A stretch of 24,000 bases of DNA from Parolsenella massiliensis (GTDB lineage Bacteria; Actinomycetota; Coriobacteriia; Coriobacteriales; Atopobiaceae). Shown here piece by piece: positions 22,494-24,000 of this stretch. The notes beneath the pieces were generated by a model, which saw nothing but the letters and a program-made list of their open reading frames with translations, made no database searches and was not told where the DNA came from. The DNA lies in contig NZ_LT671675.1 of the NCBI RefSeq assembly GCF_900143685.1, positions 75,111 to 99,110 of the forward strand, written 5' to 3'. The position numbers were made by a program, and so were the translations under genes. Every line of letters starts with the position of its first letter. The first letter of the stretch is position 1.

Positions 22494-23103
22494 GTTCCTG
22501 GGCCGACTGGGTGAGCTGCTCGCCTACCTGCCGGCCGAGCAGGTGGAGGAGACCAAGGCTTTCTATGCGGAGGCCATCGCCGACCGCATGGAGGACGGTA
22601 TGAGCGAGGAGGAGGCCGTGGCCGCCATGGGCACGCCCGGCGAGGTGGCGGAGGCCACGCTCGACGACCTGCCCGCCGTGCCGCGCGCGATCGCGAGGAC
22701 GCGCCGGCGCAGCACCACGCTACTGTGGGTGCTGACCATCGTGGGCTCCCCGGTGTGGGTGCCGCTGCTCGTTGCCTTCGCCGCCGTGGCCGTCACGGTC
22801 TACGTCTGTATCTGGGTGCTGGCGCTTTGCGTGTGGGTCATCGCCGCGGCCTTCGGCGCCATGGGCGCGGCGTCGCTCGCGCTTGCGGCGGCGGGCGTGG
22901 CCGTCGGCCACGCGCCCTACGCGATCGCGATGCTGGGTTGCGGGCTCGTCTTCGTCGGCGCGGCTCTCCTCGTGGGCGCGGGCGCCTGGGAGGCATCCAA
23001 GCAGATCGCGCGCCTCTCGGCGCTTTGGGCGAGGAAGGCCGCCTCGCCCTTCTGGAAGGGCAAGGGCGAGAAGGGCGACACTGCCGCGCACCTCGCGGCG
23101 TAG
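22480..23103 (+). CDS. DUF1700 (HAAS) domain membrane protein
   Basis: ORF trimmed to ATG 22480. MTRDEFLGRLGELLAYLPAEQVEETKAFYAEAIADRMEDGMSEEEAVAAMGTPGEVA is followed by several TM helices. It overlaps the padR end by 14 nt. Confidence 0.85.
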   Translation: MTRDEFLGRLGELLAYLPAEQVEETKAFYAEAIADRMEDGMSEEEAVAAMGTPGEVAEATLDDLPAVPRAIARTRRRSTTLLWVLTIVGSPVWVPLLVAFAAVAVTVYVCIWVLALCVWVIAAAFGAMGAASLALAAAGVAVGHAPYAIAMLGCGLVFVGAALLVGAGAWEASKQIARLSALWARKAASPFWKGKGEKGDTAAHLAA

Positions 23104-23118
23104 AAAGGAGCGAGTACC

Positions 23119-23373
23119 ATGACTAGCGCGAAGAAGATCTACCTCGCCGTGGCGGGCGGGCTCGTCGCCGCGGGCATCGTCCTCGCGGGCATTGGCTTTA
23201 TCGCTTCGGGCTTCGACCCGGCCGTGTTTACGACCCGAATCGACATGCGCGACAACACCATCGTGCTCGGCGGCGTTGAGGTGGACGACCCCGAGAGCAT
23301 CCCGTTCATCAGCCAGCTCGCCAATCTGGGCGAGATCGACACCTCCGACGTCGCGGACCCCGCCGCGCCCTAG
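23119..23373 (+). CDS. N-terminal fragment of a DUF4097-like protein (apparently truncated)
   Basis: GGAG upstream. MTSAKKIYLAVAGGLVAAGIVLAGIGFIASGFDPAVF is the usual TM anchor start of the third gene of PadR-DUF1700-DUF4097 operons. The ORF stops after 84 aa, where GC content drops. Confidence 0.55.
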   Translation: MTSAKKIYLAVAGGLVAAGIVLAGIGFIASGFDPAVFTTRIDMRDNTIVLGGVEVDDPESIPFISQLANLGEIDTSDVADPAAP

Positions 23374-23916
23374 GAGCAGCGAGCCCGGGCGCTCCGTCCG
23401 CCAAGCTGAGTAAGCCGGCGAAGCCCGAACCTGGACTGGCTGCACTGATATGGACAGTTCCGTGAGGGGCGCGACGGGACTCCGGGGAGATCTCCGAGGA
23501 GGAGTACCTCGACTGGAAGCGCGGGTTCAGTGGAGCATGAACCCAATCCCTGCCTCTCTTGCTTTTTTGATTTGTTGAGAAGGCGGCATTTGAGGGCATT
23601 TTGGATAGCGAACAGTTCAAACAAGAAACTGAGAAAAAAGAACAAAGCCTGAGCGCCTTGGGAGTCGCCGAGCGCAATGCAGTGATTCCCTTCATGAACG
23701 GCGACTTTAGCCAATGGAATCTAAATCTGGCATCCTCCTCTGAGTGAAATAATGTTAAGTAAAGCGTGGCGCGGCGTCGCCACCCGTCTACGCGCCCGCT
23801 CGCGCGTTCCTGTAAGCGTGCCGTAAACGCTTCCCAGCGCTCGTTTCGCTCGTGGTTCACGTCCCCTATGATCATTTGGAAGCGATTGCGTCCGAGAGGT
23901 TGGGACTGCCGTGGAC

Positions 23917-24000
23917 ATGCTGATGGGACTCGTCACAAGCGTCTTACTCACAGCTATCTGTCTGGCCGTGCTGGGCGACCTTCTGGGGATGACACTGCCA
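23917..24000 (+). CDS. Possible start of a membrane protein (runs off window)
   Basis: ATG 23917 opens a frame that stays open to the window edge (MLMGLVTSVLLTAICLAVLGDLLGMTLP). The product is hydrophobic. There is no good SD. Confidence 0.25.
   Translation, partial: MLMGLVTSVLLTAICLAVLGDLLGMTLP

Noticed and set aside
22095-23445. Minus-strand and alternative-frame ORFs over the padR operon (22095..22481, 22720..23445, 22725..23126, 22772..23122)
   Set aside because: They lie antisense to or are frame-shifted from clearly recognisable PadR and DUF1700 genes, and their translations are Arg/Gly/His-rich.
23309-23951. ORFs 23309..23875 (-), 23370..23714 (-) and 23721..23951 (-)
   Set aside because: Their composition is not protein-like and they have no SD. 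They span a composition break and look like noise in degraded sequence.

Overview
High-GC sequence, by composition probably a Coriobacteriia/Actinobacteria-type host (inference only). It is a mosaic of four parts. (1) 1-12.7 kb is one minus-strand gene train encoding the replication and mating-pair-formation modules of a Firmicutes/Actinobacteria-type (Tn1549/CTn-like, MPF-FA) integrative conjugative element. In transcription order it encodes two excisionase-like HTH proteins, a wHTH initiator-like protein with internal iterons, a DnaC/IstB-like ATPase and an orphan protein. These are followed by a PcfB/DUF3801-like protein, the VirD4 coupling protein, Maff2, PrgI and the VirB4 ATPase. The train ends with a glucosaminidase+NlpC/P60 hydrolase, a secreted protein, a VirB6/TrbL-like channel protein, a small protein and a secreted adhesin-like protein that runs off the window. 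No relaxase or recombinase lies in the window. (2) 12.7-16.3 kb is a gene-poor, visibly lower-GC accessory stretch. It holds a YjdF-family gene with a conserved SD-sequestering leader and a stand-alone HEPN Abi_2 abortive-infection gene. About 2 kb here has no convincing CDS but is dense in hairpins, terminators and repeat families. (3) 16.3-21.2 kb is lower-GC cargo: an OmpR/HisKA two-component system divergent from a CD1871A-like CXXC peptide, a NapH-like polyferredoxin membrane protein and a TlpA-like lipoprotein. A small membrane protein and a 5'-truncated nitroreductase follow. (4) 21.2-24 kb holds a decayed second yjdF copy, about 700 bp without a gene, a high-GC PadR-DUF1700-DUF4097 operon whose third gene stops early, and more low-GC debris. 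The candidates I consider most worth follow-up are these. The Abi_2/HEPN gene is bracketed by paralogous structured-RNA-like modules, a possible toxin plus RNA partner. One C-terminal tail is shared at both protein and DNA level by three otherwise unrelated ICE proteins. A 33-bp-periodic iteron array sits inside the initiator gene. Two promoter-to-terminator units have no credible ORF. All family names come from reading the translations, not from database searches. Most long plus-strand ORFs in 1-12.7 kb are high-GC antisense artefacts.
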